Of a stretch of DNA of 64,000 nt, positions 53,962 to 64,000 are shown one piece after another. This DNA is from Thermoanaerobaculia bacterium (GTDB taxonomy: Bacteria > Acidobacteriota > Thermoanaerobaculia > UBA5066), in contig CAWFJJ010000024.1 in assembly GCA_963816185.1 (NCBI GenBank), positions 416,001 to 480,000 of the forward strand, given 5' to 3'. A program made the position numbers and the translations under genes. Under the pieces are notes generated by a model. The model was not told the origin of the DNA. It did not search any database and saw only the letters and a list, made by a program, of their open reading frames with translations. Position 1 is the stretch's first letter. Each line of letters begins with the position of its first letter.

Positions 53962-54195
53962 CTACAGCTGCGCCTGGAAGCAGGGCCGGCCCGCCCGGCA
54001 GTCGTCGAGCTCCGCCGGCCCGTCGTCGGGCCCGACGGGCCCCATCGTTTTCAGGCACCAGTAGGCCGCGCTCGTGGACGGGTATTCGGCGGCGTGCTCG
54101 TCCCAGTCCATGACGACGGACATCATCTTCGTGCGCAGGTGGCGGCAGCACGTGGCGGGGTCGGGCCGTACGTCGGGGAAAGCCGTGTTGCTCAT
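53962..54195 (-). CDS. Small Cys-rich hypothetical protein
   Basis: 77 aa, ATGA overlap with the FAD subunit gene, host-like codon usage, CCRHLRTK..YWC..GPDD..C....C. Confidence 0.72.
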   Translation of the reverse strand: MSNTAFPDVRPDPATCCRHLRTKMMSVVMDWDEHAAEYPSTSAAYWCLKTMGPVGPDDGPAELDDCRAGRPCFQAQL

Positions 54196-55202
54196 GCCTG
54201 TGGTGCCCTTTCGGTGCCGTCCGGAAGTCCCGCCGCGCCGAGCAGCGCGCGCCGGACGGCGGCCGAGACGAGCCTCAGCTTATACGCGTTCGACGCGAGC
54301 GGCGTGGCACCGTCGGTCGCGACGGCAGCCGCCTGGGCGGCCAGAGCGCCGTCGATGTGCCGGCTCTCGACGAGCGCCTCGGCCTTCTTGGCGCGCCAGG
54401 GCACCGGGGCCGCCGAGCCGATCACGATTCTCACGTCGCGGGCGATGCCTCCTTCGTCTCGGTACACGACGGCAGCGTCGGCGAGCGGCCAGTCGAACGT
54501 CTGCTTGTGCTTGATCTTGCGGTAGGCCGATCGCAGTCCGGCCCGCCGTGGCACGACGATGCGCGTGATGAGCTCGCCTTCCGCGAGCGAGTTCTCGCCC
54601 GCGAGGTCCATCTCGGGCGTGACGAAGAAGTCCGCGATCGGAATCGTCCGGCGCGACCCCGCGGAAAGGGTCTCGATCCGCGCCCCGTACGCCGCGAGCG
54701 CGACGCCCGCCGCCGAGGGGTGGACGATCGCGCAGGTGTGGTTTCCGAAGACGGCATGGAACGTGTTCTCGCCCTTCTGCGCGTAGCACTCGGAGCCGCC
54801 CTTTTTGAGGCACGTGAACTCGGCGGACCGGAAGTACCAGCACCGCGGGCGCTGACAGAGGTTGCCCGCGAGCGTCGCGACGTTCCGGATCTGCGGCGTC
54901 GCCGCGCCTTCACACGCGTCGGATAGGGCGGGGAGGTCGGCGCGCAGCCCCTCGGCGATGCGGGTCAGGGTGACGAGCGCGCCGATCGCGATCGTGGAAG
55001 GAGACTTTTCGATGCCGTCATGCCCGGCGAGCCGGCGGAGGTCGACGAGTCGATCCGGGGCGGCGGTGCGTTCCTTGAGCCGGTCGAGGATGTCCGTGCC
55101 GGCAGCCTTCGCCTCCGTGGCGATGCCGGCTTTTTTCGCGGCGGCCAGCGCGGTGGCCGCGTCTTCCCACGAGGTGGGTTGTACGCGCTCGAACGTCTTC
55201 AT
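54192..55202 (-). CDS. Xanthine dehydrogenase family FAD-binding subunit (PaoB/YagS-like)
   Basis: AAGTD, ATPQIRNVATLAGNLCQRPRCWYFR, C.KKGG..C, HPS, APVPWRA. Confidence 0.93.
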   Translation of the reverse strand: MKTFERVQPTSWEDAATALAAAKKAGIATEAKAAGTDILDRLKERTAAPDRLVDLRRLAGHDGIEKSPSTIAIGALVTLTRIAEGLRADLPALSDACEGAATPQIRNVATLAGNLCQRPRCWYFRSAEFTCLKKGGSECYAQKGENTFHAVFGNHTCAIVHPSAAGVALAAYGARIETLSAGSRRTIPIADFFVTPEMDLAGENSLAEGELITRIVVPRRAGLRSAYRKIKHKQTFDWPLADAAVVYRDEGGIARDVRIVIGSAAPVPWRAKKAEALVESRHIDGALAAQAAAVATDGATPLASNAYKLRLVSAAVRRALLGAAGLPDGTERAPQA

Positions 55203-57565
55203 GATTTCACCTCGACCTTCGCCGGCATCCCGGCGCGGAGCGGCCCGGCGATCGTGGGCGCGGCAGCCAGCACGCGCGCCGGCGTGATCGGCAGGTCGGT
55301 GATGCGGCTCCCGATCGCGTGGGAGACGGCGTTCGCGATGGCCGCGGCGGTCGGGACGATCGCTGGCTCGCCGATCCCCCTGGCGTGCGCATTGTTCTTG
55401 CCGGCGAAGAGGTCGAGGACGATCGTCACGACCTCGGGAACGTCCTTCGCGCCCAGAATCTTGTACTGCTCGATGTTCGGGTTCATGAAGCGGCCGGTCA
55501 AAACGTCGATGACGCGCTCCTCGAAGAGCGCATAGCTGACGCCTTGGAGCACGCCGCCCCGGATCTGGCTCTCGACGCCCGTTCTCCACACGGGGAGGCC
55601 GCACGTATGCGCCGCGGCGACCTTTTCGACCCGCACGACGCCCGTCTCGACGTCCACGACCACCTCCGCGAACTGCGCCCCTAAGAGCCGCGAATCGGCG
55701 CCGTCGTAGTCGGGAGCGCGGTCGCCGGTCGCGAGGATCGACTCTCCGCTCATCCTCGAGCAGACCTTTGCCCACTCGGCCGTCTTGCCGTTTGCGCGGA
55801 ATGCGCCGCCTTCGAGCTTCACGTCTTCCGGTCTCGCCCCGAGGAGCGGGGCCGCGATCTCGGCCATCTTCCGCGCGGCATGGAACGCCGCCGCTCGGAC
55901 CGCGGGGATGAGAGAGGTCGTCGTCGTCGAGCCTCCGGAGGCGGGCCCGTAGGGGTACTTCGAGTTGCCGATGTGGACGGTCACGGCCTCGACGGGAAGA
56001 CCGAGCTCCTCGGCGGTCACGAGCCCGATCGCCGTGCGGATCCCGCCGCCGATCTCCTGGACCCCGTTCTCGACCTCGACGGCGCCGTCTTTGTGGATAC
56101 GAACCTGGACCTGCGAGCCCTTGTGGACGATCGTGTACCAGACGGCGGCGGCGCACCCGAGGCCGCGCCGGAGCGGAAGGCCCGCGGCCGCCGCGGCTTT
56201 GTTCGCCCGCGTGATCGCTTCGCGTCGCGACCAGCCGATGGCTTTCGCCGCGGCGTCCCATTCCGCGCGGCGAATCTCGGAAGGATCGTTCTGGTAGCGC
56301 ACGACGAGCGGATCCAGCCCGCAGGCTTCGGCCACCGCGTCGAGGGCGGTCTCCACGGCGAACGCGCCCTGCGGGTGGCCGGGAGCGCGCATCGCGCAGC
56401 CGGGGCCGAGGTGCGTGAAGACGTCCGACTCGTCGACCTTCACGTTTGGGAACCCGTACGCGTTCTTCGCGAATGAGCCCGTACCCGTCCCGGTCGCGAC
56501 GCCGGCCGTCCCGACGGAGGTGTACTGGACGGCGGTCACGGTCCCGTCTTTCTTGTAGCCGACCTTGACCGTGTTGATGGAGTCCGGACGGTTGCCGGCG
56601 GCGAGATGCTCTTCCTTTCGGTCGAGGATCAGCTTCACCGGCTTACCGGCCTTTTTCGCGAGCTGCGCCGCGAAGACGCCGTAGTCGCCGGCGCCGAACT
56701 TCGCGCCGAAGCCGCCGCCCACGTATTCCGCGACGACCTCCACCTTGTCTTTGGGAATCCCGAGGACCGTCGCGAGCTCGTCCTTGACCGTGAACGTGCC
56801 CTGCGTGGACGCGTACACCTTCAGGTTGTCGCCTTCCCACTCGGCGAAGAGCGAATGCGTTTCCATGGGGACATGCGTCTGCACCACGGTCGTCATCGTC
56901 AGCTCGAGCGTGGAGTCGGCTTCCGCGAAGCCCTTCGCCACGTCGCCTTTCCCGGACGTCTTCGGACCCCGCACGTTGCCGTGCTGAGGCACGGCGCCGC
57001 CCGCGGACGGCGCGTCGCCGGCCGTGCGCTTCTCCTGGACGGTCTTTTCGAAGACGAGGGGGGAACCCTCCTTCATCGCGTCCACGAGCCTGACGGTGTG
57101 CGGCTTGACGTCGTACTTCACGGCCACGGCGTGGAGGGCGTCGTCGGCGAGCTGCGGCGTCGCGGCCGCGAGCGCGAGGACCGCCTCGCCGTGATAACGA
57201 ACCTTCTTCTTGTCCGGCTTCACCCAGACGACGCCCATCGCGTCGAGCTTCGACGTGTCGATCGACACGATGTCGGCATGCGCGTAGGGCGAGCGCAGGA
57301 TGCGCCCATAGAGCATTCCGGGGCGGATGACGTCGTGCGTGTACGTGGCGCGGCCGGTCACCTTCTGGGGGCCGTCGAGGCGCGGGCGGCGCCGCCCGGT
57401 CAGCGGACGGTCGACCGTGTCGTAGGGAACCGGGTCGCCGGGAGGAAGAGAGATCTTCTTAGAAAGTGTATGGCCCGCGAGGCCTATCTGGACGATCGCC
57501 TCGGTGCCCGTTGTGTCGGGCACCTTCGCAGAAATCTTCTCCTGGGGGTTCCTCTCATCAGCCAC
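55199..57565 (-). CDS. Xanthine dehydrogenase family molybdopterin-binding subunit (PaoC/YagR-like)
   Basis: KVTGRATY, HVPMETH, GGGFGAK, AMRAPG, SGGSTT, RGIGEP. Confidence 0.94.
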   Translation of the reverse strand: MADERNPQEKISAKVPDTTGTEAIVQIGLAGHTLSKKISLPPGDPVPYDTVDRPLTGRRRPRLDGPQKVTGRATYTHDVIRPGMLYGRILRSPYAHADIVSIDTSKLDAMGVVWVKPDKKKVRYHGEAVLALAAATPQLADDALHAVAVKYDVKPHTVRLVDAMKEGSPLVFEKTVQEKRTAGDAPSAGGAVPQHGNVRGPKTSGKGDVAKGFAEADSTLELTMTTVVQTHVPMETHSLFAEWEGDNLKVYASTQGTFTVKDELATVLGIPKDKVEVVAEYVGGGFGAKFGAGDYGVFAAQLAKKAGKPVKLILDRKEEHLAAGNRPDSINTVKVGYKKDGTVTAVQYTSVGTAGVATGTGTGSFAKNAYGFPNVKVDESDVFTHLGPGCAMRAPGHPQGAFAVETALDAVAEACGLDPLVVRYQNDPSEIRRAEWDAAAKAIGWSRREAITRANKAAAAAGLPLRRGLGCAAAVWYTIVHKGSQVQVRIHKDGAVEVENGVQEIGGGIRTAIGLVTAEELGLPVEAVTVHIGNSKYPYGPASGGSTTTTSLIPAVRAAAFHAARKMAEIAAPLLGARPEDVKLEGGAFRANGKTAEWAKVCSRMSGESILATGDRAPDYDGADSRLLGAQFAEVVVDVETGVVRVEKVAAAHTCGLPVWRTGVESQIRGGVLQGVSYALFEERVIDVLTGRFMNPNIEQYKILGAKDVPEVVTIVLDLFAGKNNAHARGIGEPAIVPTAAAIANAVSHAIGSRITDLPITPARVLAAAPTIAGPLRAGMPAKVEVKS
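57451..57466 (+). repeat. Dispersed motif copy in the N-terminal region of the Mo subunit
   Basis: AGATCTTCTTAGAAAG, read as L-S-K-K-I on the coding strand. Confidence 0.75.
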
Positions 57566-58190
57566 GCGTCACCTCCGGATTTCCCGCCGCGTGGCAGGCG
57601 TCGAAGACGCCGAGATACGTTCCGCAGCGGCAGAGGTTGCCGCTCACGGCGCTCTTCACGTCGTCCGGAGAAGGCCTCGGGTTCTTCGCGAGAAGTGCCG
57701 AGCACGAGACGATCATGCCCGGGGTGCAGAAGCCGCACTGGAGCGCGTCCGCCGTGAGGAAAGCCTGCTGGATCGGCGCGAGGGACCCGGGCGTCCCGAG
57801 GCCCTCGATCGTCGTGACCTTCTTCCGGTCGGCGTCGTGAACGAGCGTGAGGCAGGAGTTCACGGCGAGGCCGTCGAGCAGGACCGTGCAGGCCCCGCAG
57901 GCGCCGCGATCGCAGCCGATCTTCGTGCCCGTCAGCGCCCAGGAATCGCGCAGCGCCTCGGCGAGCGTCGTGCGCGGCTCGAAAGAGCCCGTCTTCACGA
58001 CCCCGTTCACCGTGACGCTCACGGCCATCGGGCCGGAGAGGTTCGCGGCCCGTAGCTCGTGGCGCGTCTCGACGAGGAGCGCCGTGGCGCCGGTCGATGC
58101 GGCCGTGACTGCGGTCGCGATTCCCTTGATCAGACCGCGGCGGGTGACGCCGCTCGTTCCGTCGGGTGGGTGAGGCTTGTCGTCGGCCAT
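57558..58190 (-). CDS. 2Fe-2S subunit with Tat-like signal (PaoA/YagT-like)
   Basis: TRRGLIK twin-arginine motif, GCDRGACGACT, QCGFCTPG, NLCRCG. Confidence 0.93.
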   Translation of the reverse strand: MADDKPHPPDGTSGVTRRGLIKGIATAVTAASTGATALLVETRHELRAANLSGPMAVSVTVNGVVKTGSFEPRTTLAEALRDSWALTGTKIGCDRGACGACTVLLDGLAVNSCLTLVHDADRKKVTTIEGLGTPGSLAPIQQAFLTADALQCGFCTPGMIVSCSALLAKNPRPSPDDVKSAVSGNLCRCGTYLGVFDACHAAGNPEVTRG

Positions 58191-58315
58191 CGTCGTCCTC
58201 CCTCGGCGCAGCCGAAATATACAGCGGGATCGAGTCTCGATGTCACCCCCGCGTTGACCCAAGTGGCTGAAAAGGCCTATCCTTGCCGGAATCCCGAAAG
58301 GTTCGGAGGTCGCTC

Positions 58316-59494
58316 ATGCACATCAACGACCTGCTCAAGATCTCGGTCGAGCGGAAAGCGTCCGACCTCCACCTGAAAGTCGGCGCGCACCCGATCATCC
58401 GGGTCGACGGCGAGCTGACCCCGCTCGTGGACCTCAAGCGCCTCATGCAGGAAGACACGATCGCGATGGCGTTCTCGATCATGTCCTCGCGGCAAAAGGA
58501 AAAATTCAAGAACAACTTCGAGATCGACATCGCGTACTCGGTGCCGGGGCTCGGGCGGTTCCGCTGCAACATCTTCCAGCAGCGCGGGACCGTCGGAATG
58601 GTCTGCCGCGTCATCCCGGCGCGCATCCTCACGGTGCGGGACCTCCTCCTGCCGCCCATCCTCGAGAAGATCTGCGAGGAGACGCGCGGCCTCATCCTCG
58701 TGACCGGGACGACGGGCTCGGGCAAGTCCACCTCTCTCGCCGCGATGATCGACTACATCAACTCGACCCGGGCCGAGCACATCATGACGATCGAGGACCC
58801 CGTCGAGTTCCTCCATCGCGACAAGAAGTCGATCATCAACCAGCGCGAGCTGGAGGTCGACACACGCTCGTTCGCGTCCGCGATCCGCGCAGCCCTCCGG
58901 CAGGACCCGGACGTCATCCTCGTGGGCGAGATGCGCGACTTCGAGACCGTCGAGACGGCCCTCGTGGCCGCCGAGACGGGCCACCTCGTCATGTCGACCC
59001 TGCACACGATGGACGCGACTGAGACGGTCAACCGCATCATCTCGGTGTTCCCGCCGCACCAGCAGAAGCAGATCCGCCTCCAGCTCGCGGCCGTCATCAA
59101 GGCCGTCGCCTCGATGCGTCTTCTCCCGCGCGCCGACGGCTTGGGTCGCGTGCCGGCCGTCGAGGTCATGGTCGCGACGAACTACATACGCGACTGTATC
59201 GAGAACAAGGAAAAGACGAAGTACATCATGGACGCGATCAAAGCCGGCACGTCGCAGTACGGGATGCAGACCTTCGACCAGTCGCTCTTCCAGCTTTACA
59301 AGACGGGCCTCATCACGCTGGAAGAGGCGATCCGCCGCTCGACGAACCCGAACGAGTTCAAGCTCAAGATCCAGGGGATCCAGTCCACGTCCGACATCGC
59401 GAACGAGCTCATGGAAGGCGCCCTGCAGGCGCCCGACGCCCTCAGCCCGCAGGACGCGGCCTCGCCCTTCGATTTCTCGAACCAGCCGGGTTAG
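58316..59494 (+). CDS. pilT: Type IV pilus retraction ATPase (PilT/PilU family)
   Basis: [53 protein letters not shown]. Confidence 0.93.
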   Translation: MHINDLLKISVERKASDLHLKVGAHPIIRVDGELTPLVDLKRLMQEDTIAMAFSIMSSRQKEKFKNNFEIDIAYSVPGLGRFRCNIFQQRGTVGMVCRVIPARILTVRDLLLPPILEKICEETRGLILVTGTTGSGKSTSLAAMIDYINSTRAEHIMTIEDPVEFLHRDKKSIINQRELEVDTRSFASAIRAALRQDPDVILVGEMRDFETVETALVAAETGHLVMSTLHTMDATETVNRIISVFPPHQQKQIRLQLAAVIKAVASMRLLPRADGLGRVPAVEVMVATNYIRDCIENKEKTKYIMDAIKAGTSQYGMQTFDQSLFQLYKTGLITLEEAIRRSTNPNEFKLKIQGIQSTSDIANELMEGALQAPDALSPQDAASPFDFSNQPG

Positions 59495-59528
59495 GGGGGC
59501 CGGGGAAAATCCCCGTATCCTTCGACCC

Positions 59529-62326
59529 ATGACGACTGCTGACGGCTGGACCTCGCGCAGGGTCCGCGAGACGTTCCTGTCCTTCTTCGAGGAGAAGGGC
59601 CACACGCGTGTGGCGTCCTCCTCGCTCGTGCCCGCCGAGGACCCGACGCTGCTCTTCACGAACGCGGGCATGAACCAGTTCAAGGACCTTTTCCTCGGGC
59701 GGGAGAAGCGCGCGTACGTTCGGGCGACCTCGTCGCAGAAGTGCGTGCGCGCGGGCGGGAAGCACAACGACCTCGACAACGTGGGCTACACCGCGCGGCA
59801 CCACACGTTCTTCGAGATGCTCGGAAACTTCTCCTTCGGCGATTACTTCAAGAGGGAGGCGATCGACTACGCATGGGAGCTCGTGACGTCGAACGCGTTC
59901 TACGGGCTCGACCCGTCGCGCCTCTGGGCGACGGTCTATACGGAAGACGACGAGGCGGCCGAGCTGTGGGGGCGCTACCTCCCGAAGGCGCGCATCGCCC
60001 GCTTCGGCGAGAAGGACAACTTCTGGTCGATGGGCGACACGGGGCCGTGCGGCCCGTGCAGCGAGATCCACTACGACCAGGGCGAGGGAGTGCCCGGCGA
60101 CGCGACGCCGAACGGCACCGGCGACCGCGTCATGGAGATCTGGAATCTCGTCTTCATGCAGTTCGACCGCGACGCCTCGGGAAAGATGACCCCGCTGCCG
60201 AAACCGAGCGTCGACACGGGCGCCGGCCTCGAGCGCATCACGGCGATCCTCGAGGGCAAGAACAACAACTACGACACGGACCTCTTCGCGCCGATCATCA
60301 AGAAGATCGAGGAGATCTCGGGTCAGAAATACGTCGGCGGCATGGCCGTCGAAGATGCGCCGTTCCGCGTGATTGCAGATCACGCGCGAGCGGCGACGAT
60401 GCTCATCGCGGACGGTGTGATCCCTTCGAATGAGGGAAGGGGATACGTCCTGCGCCGGATCATCCGGCGCGCCATTCGATATGGAAGAAGACTCGGCCTC
60501 GTCGATCCTTTCCTCTTCAAGCTCGTGCCGGGGGTAACGGAGGCTCTGAAGATTTTCTTCGAAGGTGAAGAGATTCGCGGCGCAAAGGCGATGTTTGGCC
60601 TGATCGACGAAGAGGAAGGCCCGATCGGCGCAGAAGAAGTTCGTTTTGCGAAAACGATGACGGCCGGTGCCGACCGCGTTGGCGAAGCGATTTCCGACGT
60701 GCGACGGCGGGGCGAGACATCGCTTTCAGGCGCCGCAGCGTTCCGCCTCTACGACACGCACGGCGTTCCTCTCGAGCTCATCGAAGAAATCTCTTCTGAC
60801 GAAGGGGTTCAAGTCGACCGGTCCGGCTTCGACGTCGAGCTCGAGAGGGCCCGCGAGCGGAGCAAGGGAGCCTCGAAGTTCGAGCACGAAGGAGGCCTGC
60901 CGGCCGACGAGCAGATCGACGCTTCATGGGCGACCGAATTCCGCGGATATCCCGAGCAGGATTTCGTGCGGCTGTAGGCGCGAAAGTGCTCGGTCCTGCT
61001 TTCTAGCGGAGCGCGGCGAGAGGGTGGATTTTCTTAAAGTGGGGAGAAGGGCTGGTGCGTCACGGACCGCACCGTCTTCTATCCGGAGGGCGGCGGTCAG
61101 GTGGCCGACCAGGGAGAGATTCTCTGGTTTGCCGAGAGCGGGGGCGACGGGCGCGCGGACGGTCATCGACGCGCGGCGCGCCCCGAATGGGAAGTCCGTC
61201 CTACACCTTCTAAGAATCTCCAGCGGTTCCCTTGCGGTGGGTCAACTCGTGCGTATGAAGCGTGGACGAATGGACCCGCCGCAAGACGCAGGCAAACCAT
61301 ACCGGGACTCACCTCCTCCACGCCGCGCTGCGGAAGGTGCTCGGCGAAAGCGTTCGGCAGATGGGCTCGCTCGTCGCGCCCGACCGCCTGCGCTTCGACT
61401 ACGCGGCCTCGCGCCCGACGACCGCCACCGAAGTCCGTGAGATCGAGCGACTCGTGAACGAGGAGATCCTGCGGGACCGCGAGGTCGGCAAGGCCGTCAT
61501 GTCGATGGACGACGCGAAGAAGAAGGGCGCGATGATGTTCTTCGGCGAGAAATACGGCGAGCAGGTCCGCGTCGTCGACGTGCCGGGATTCTCGACGGAG
61601 CTCTGCGGCGGCTGCCACGTCGGCCGTACGGGCGAGATCGGCGCCTTCAAGGTGATCTCCGACAAGGGCCTCGCGGCCGGCGTCCGACGAATGGAGGCGG
61701 TCACCTCGTTGAATGCGGTCGAAAGGCTCCAGAAGGACGAAGAAATCCTGGCGAATATGGCGCAGACGGCGAACGTCCCTCCCGACGAGCTGCCGGCGAA
61801 GCTGAAGGAGGCGCTGGATTCTCTTAGAAGGAAAGAGAAGGAGATCGCCGCCCTCAAACGCGACCTCGCGCTGGCTGGCATAGGTGCGGGCGCCGGCCCC
61901 TCGAGCGCGCAGCCGGGCGCGGCGCCTTCTGTACATTCACCTTCTAAGAAATCCTCCTCTTCGGACGCAGCGGCTGAGGAGGGCCTGCACGAGATCAACG
62001 GCATCAAGGTCCTCGCACGCCGCGTGCCGTCGCTCCCGACGAACGAGCTCCGTAACCTCGCGGACACGTTCCGGAGCAAGCTGAAGTCGGGCGTCGTGCT
62101 GCTCGGAACCGAGCTCGAAGGCAAGGTCACGCTGCTCGCGGCGGTCACGTCGGACCTCGTAGCCCGGGTCTCCGCGAACGAGCTGGCTCAGGTCATGGCA
62201 CCGGCCGTCGGGGGCAGGGGCGGCGGAAGGCCGGACCTCGCCCAGGCCGGCGGCAAAGACGCGGCCCAGATCGAGCCGGCTCTCGCGCTGGGCGTCGCGA
62301 AGGTGCGAGAGAGGCTTTCCGCCTGA
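59529..62326 (+). CDS. alaS: Alanine--tRNA ligase; reading frame broken by several indels at about 60970-61265
   Basis: [32 protein letters not shown]; [11 protein letters not shown] in a shifted frame; [27 protein letters not shown]. Confidence 0.93.
61207..61950. repeat. Three dispersed-motif copies inside alaS
   Basis: CTTCTAAGAA (61207-61216), TCTTAGAAGG (61822-61831), CTTCTAAGAA (61941-61950). Confidence 0.8.
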
Positions 62327-62359
62327 GGCTGTATCGCGCTGGGCTATAATCTTCGGGCA

Positions 62360-63103
62360 ATGCCGTCTCGGGGGATCGCTCTGGCCCGGGTGTCGGTGGC
62401 CGCTTTGCTCACGGCGGCCGGCGCCCTGCGCGCCGACGTCCATCTCGTTCGCCAGTCGAACGGCTCGGCGCTGATCTTCAACGACAGAGTCGGCAGCGGC
62501 TGGCGCGTGAACGGCGGCGTTCCCACGGACGCCTATCTCGTCGAGAGGCGCAACGCGCCGTCGCCGTACGACTCCGCGATCGAGAAGGAGTCGCGGGCGG
62601 CGGGCGTCGACGCGGCGCTCGTCAAGAGCGTCATGCTCGTGGAGTCCAACTTCAATCCCCGGGCTGTGTCGAGGAAGGGCGCCCGCGGTCTCATGCAGCT
62701 CATGCCCGGCACGGCAATGAGGTTCGGTGTTTCCGACCGGTATGACGCCGGGCAGAGCATCCGCGCCGGCGTGAAGTATCTCGCGACGCTTCTCGAGCAG
62801 TTCAAGGGAGACGTGGCCCTGGCGCTCGCGGGGTACAACGCGGGCGAGAACGCCGTGACGCACCACTCCGGCGTCCCGCCGTACCGCGAGACGCGCGAGT
62901 ACATCCGGCGCGTCCTCGTCGCGCGGCATGGAGAAGGCGGAATCGGGCCGGCCATCGGCGGCGGGTTCCGCGGCACGCCGACGAAGCCGCTGCCACGGGG
63001 AGCAGCGATACGAGTCTCGAGCCTGAACGGGATGGCAGTCCTCTCGAACACCGCAGTCGACGTCACGGAACGCCAGGCTCCTCTGCTCGGGCGCGTGCGC
63101 TGA
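62360..63103 (+). CDS. Soluble lytic transglycosylase (SLT domain)
   Basis: VESNFNPRAVSRKGARGLMQLMP, LAGYNAG, ETREYI. Confidence 0.92.
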   Translation: MPSRGIALARVSVAALLTAAGALRADVHLVRQSNGSALIFNDRVGSGWRVNGGVPTDAYLVERRNAPSPYDSAIEKESRAAGVDAALVKSVMLVESNFNPRAVSRKGARGLMQLMPGTAMRFGVSDRYDAGQSIRAGVKYLATLLEQFKGDVALALAGYNAGENAVTHHSGVPPYRETREYIRRVLVARHGEGGIGPAIGGGFRGTPTKPLPRGAAIRVSSLNGMAVLSNTAVDVTERQAPLLGRVR

Positions 63104-63119
63104 GGCGGACGGGGGCGAA

Positions 63120-64000
63120 ATGGCGGCCACGCGGGGATCCGAGACCACGAGGGCCTTCAGGCCCGCGCCCTTCTTCGACCACGGCCTCTTTCTCCTCCAT
63201 CTGAACCGCGGCAAGGAGGAGATGGCCCGCGGATACCACGAGACCGCGCGCCGCGAGTTCGAGGAAGCGCGCCGACTGCGCCCGCGAGACCCCGAGGTCC
63301 TGCTCAATCTCTCGATCACGCTCTTTCATCTCGGCCAGTTCGACGAGGCCGAGACGATGACGCGCGACCTCCTCACCGAGCATGCCGAGTCCGTCCCGTT
63401 GCTCTTCAACCTCGGGTTGATCCTGTTCAAATCGGGCCGGGACGGCGACGCTCGGGAGCCGCTCGAAAAGGTTCTCGCGTTCGCCCCGGCGCATCGAAAA
63501 GCGCATTTGACGCTCGGGCTCGTCGCCCAGCGGCGGGGAGCCTGGGATGAGGCCCAGCGGCATTTCAGGATGGCCGGCGCCGAGCTGAAGGACGGAGCCG
63601 AAGGGGACGACTCGGTCGCCCGCACCGCCCGCGCCGCGGCGGCTGAAGTGCGGATCGCGACGGCGAACAGGCCGTCTCCCGCCGATACCCGCCCGAGCCC
63701 GATGGTGAAGCCGGAGCCGCTGGACTCCCTCACGGCGAGCGGCAAGAACAAGCTCTCGTCGGGCGTGAGGCCGCGGCCCTCGGCGGCCGTTCTCGCGGGG
63801 ATGGAGCCCGCGGCGCCGGCCGTGGCCCGGCCCCTCGGACCCTTCTCGCCGAAGCCGGGCGGATTCCTTTCCGTCTCCTGCGCAAGCGGCGTGCGCGTGC
63901 GACGCGGGATCGTCGTGGGCCGCTCGGGATCGCCGGTGATCGACAGCTCCCCGGCCTCGACGCCGGACGGTCTCGACCGGATCCTCGTCGGGGCGTCGGG
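63120..64000 (+). CDS. TPR-containing protein (3' end truncated by the window)
   Basis: Hand-translated ORF from ATG 63120: HLNRGKEE, PEVLLNLSITLF, LLFNLGLILF, AHLTLGLV; no stop seen in the part translated. Confidence 0.75.
   Translation, partial: MAATRGSETTRAFRPAPFFDHGLFLLHLNRGKEEMARGYHETARREFEEARRLRPRDPEVLLNLSITLFHLGQFDEAETMTRDLLTEHAESVPLLFNLGLILFKSGRDGDAREPLEKVLAFAPAHRKAHLTLGLVAQRRGAWDEAQRHFRMAGAELKDGAEGDDSVARTARAAAAEVRIATANRPSPADTRPSPMVKPEPLDSLTASGKNKLSSGVRPRPSAAVLAGMEPAAPAVARPLGPFSPKPGGFLSVSCASGVRVRRGIVVGRSGSPVIDSSPASTPDGLDRILVGAS

Overview
A GC-rich (about 68% by eye) bacterial chromosome segment made almost entirely of core and housekeeping genes. These include aspS, aroB, ftsY, ribD/ribE, hemW, a TPR-TonB-ExbB-ExbD-ExbD cluster, nnr/tsaE, an MgtE-domain/NRAMP pair, tRNA-Leu(CAA), carD, rarA, guaB, secA, comM/yifB, an MglA-like GTPase, hrcA-grpE-dnaK-dnaJ-prmA-rsmE, ilvE, a PaoABC-like molybdoenzyme operon, pilT and alaS. 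The gene content (Acidobacterial-type VWFA protein, many TPR proteins) suggests Acidobacteriota; this is inference. I saw no integrase, transposase, prophage or CRISPR array. The strongest signal that the gene annotation does not explain is at the DNA level: an AT-rich motif, consensus roughly RRGAGATYTTCTTAGAAGGRRRR around the palindromic core CTTCT-W-AGAAG. It recurs about 15 times (more counting the TTCTTCGAAG variant), on both strands, in several reading frames and between genes. It forces rare codons and sits in AT-shifted patches and in-frame insertions of otherwise conserved proteins (HemW, RsmE, AlaS, MocA, RarA). A second layer is a family of small Y-shaped palindromic elements found both between genes (upstream of secA) and inserted in frame into coding sequences (mocA, possibly rsmE). 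Several frameshifts (hemW, VWFA gene, alaS, probably vanZ) most likely reflect long-read indel errors.
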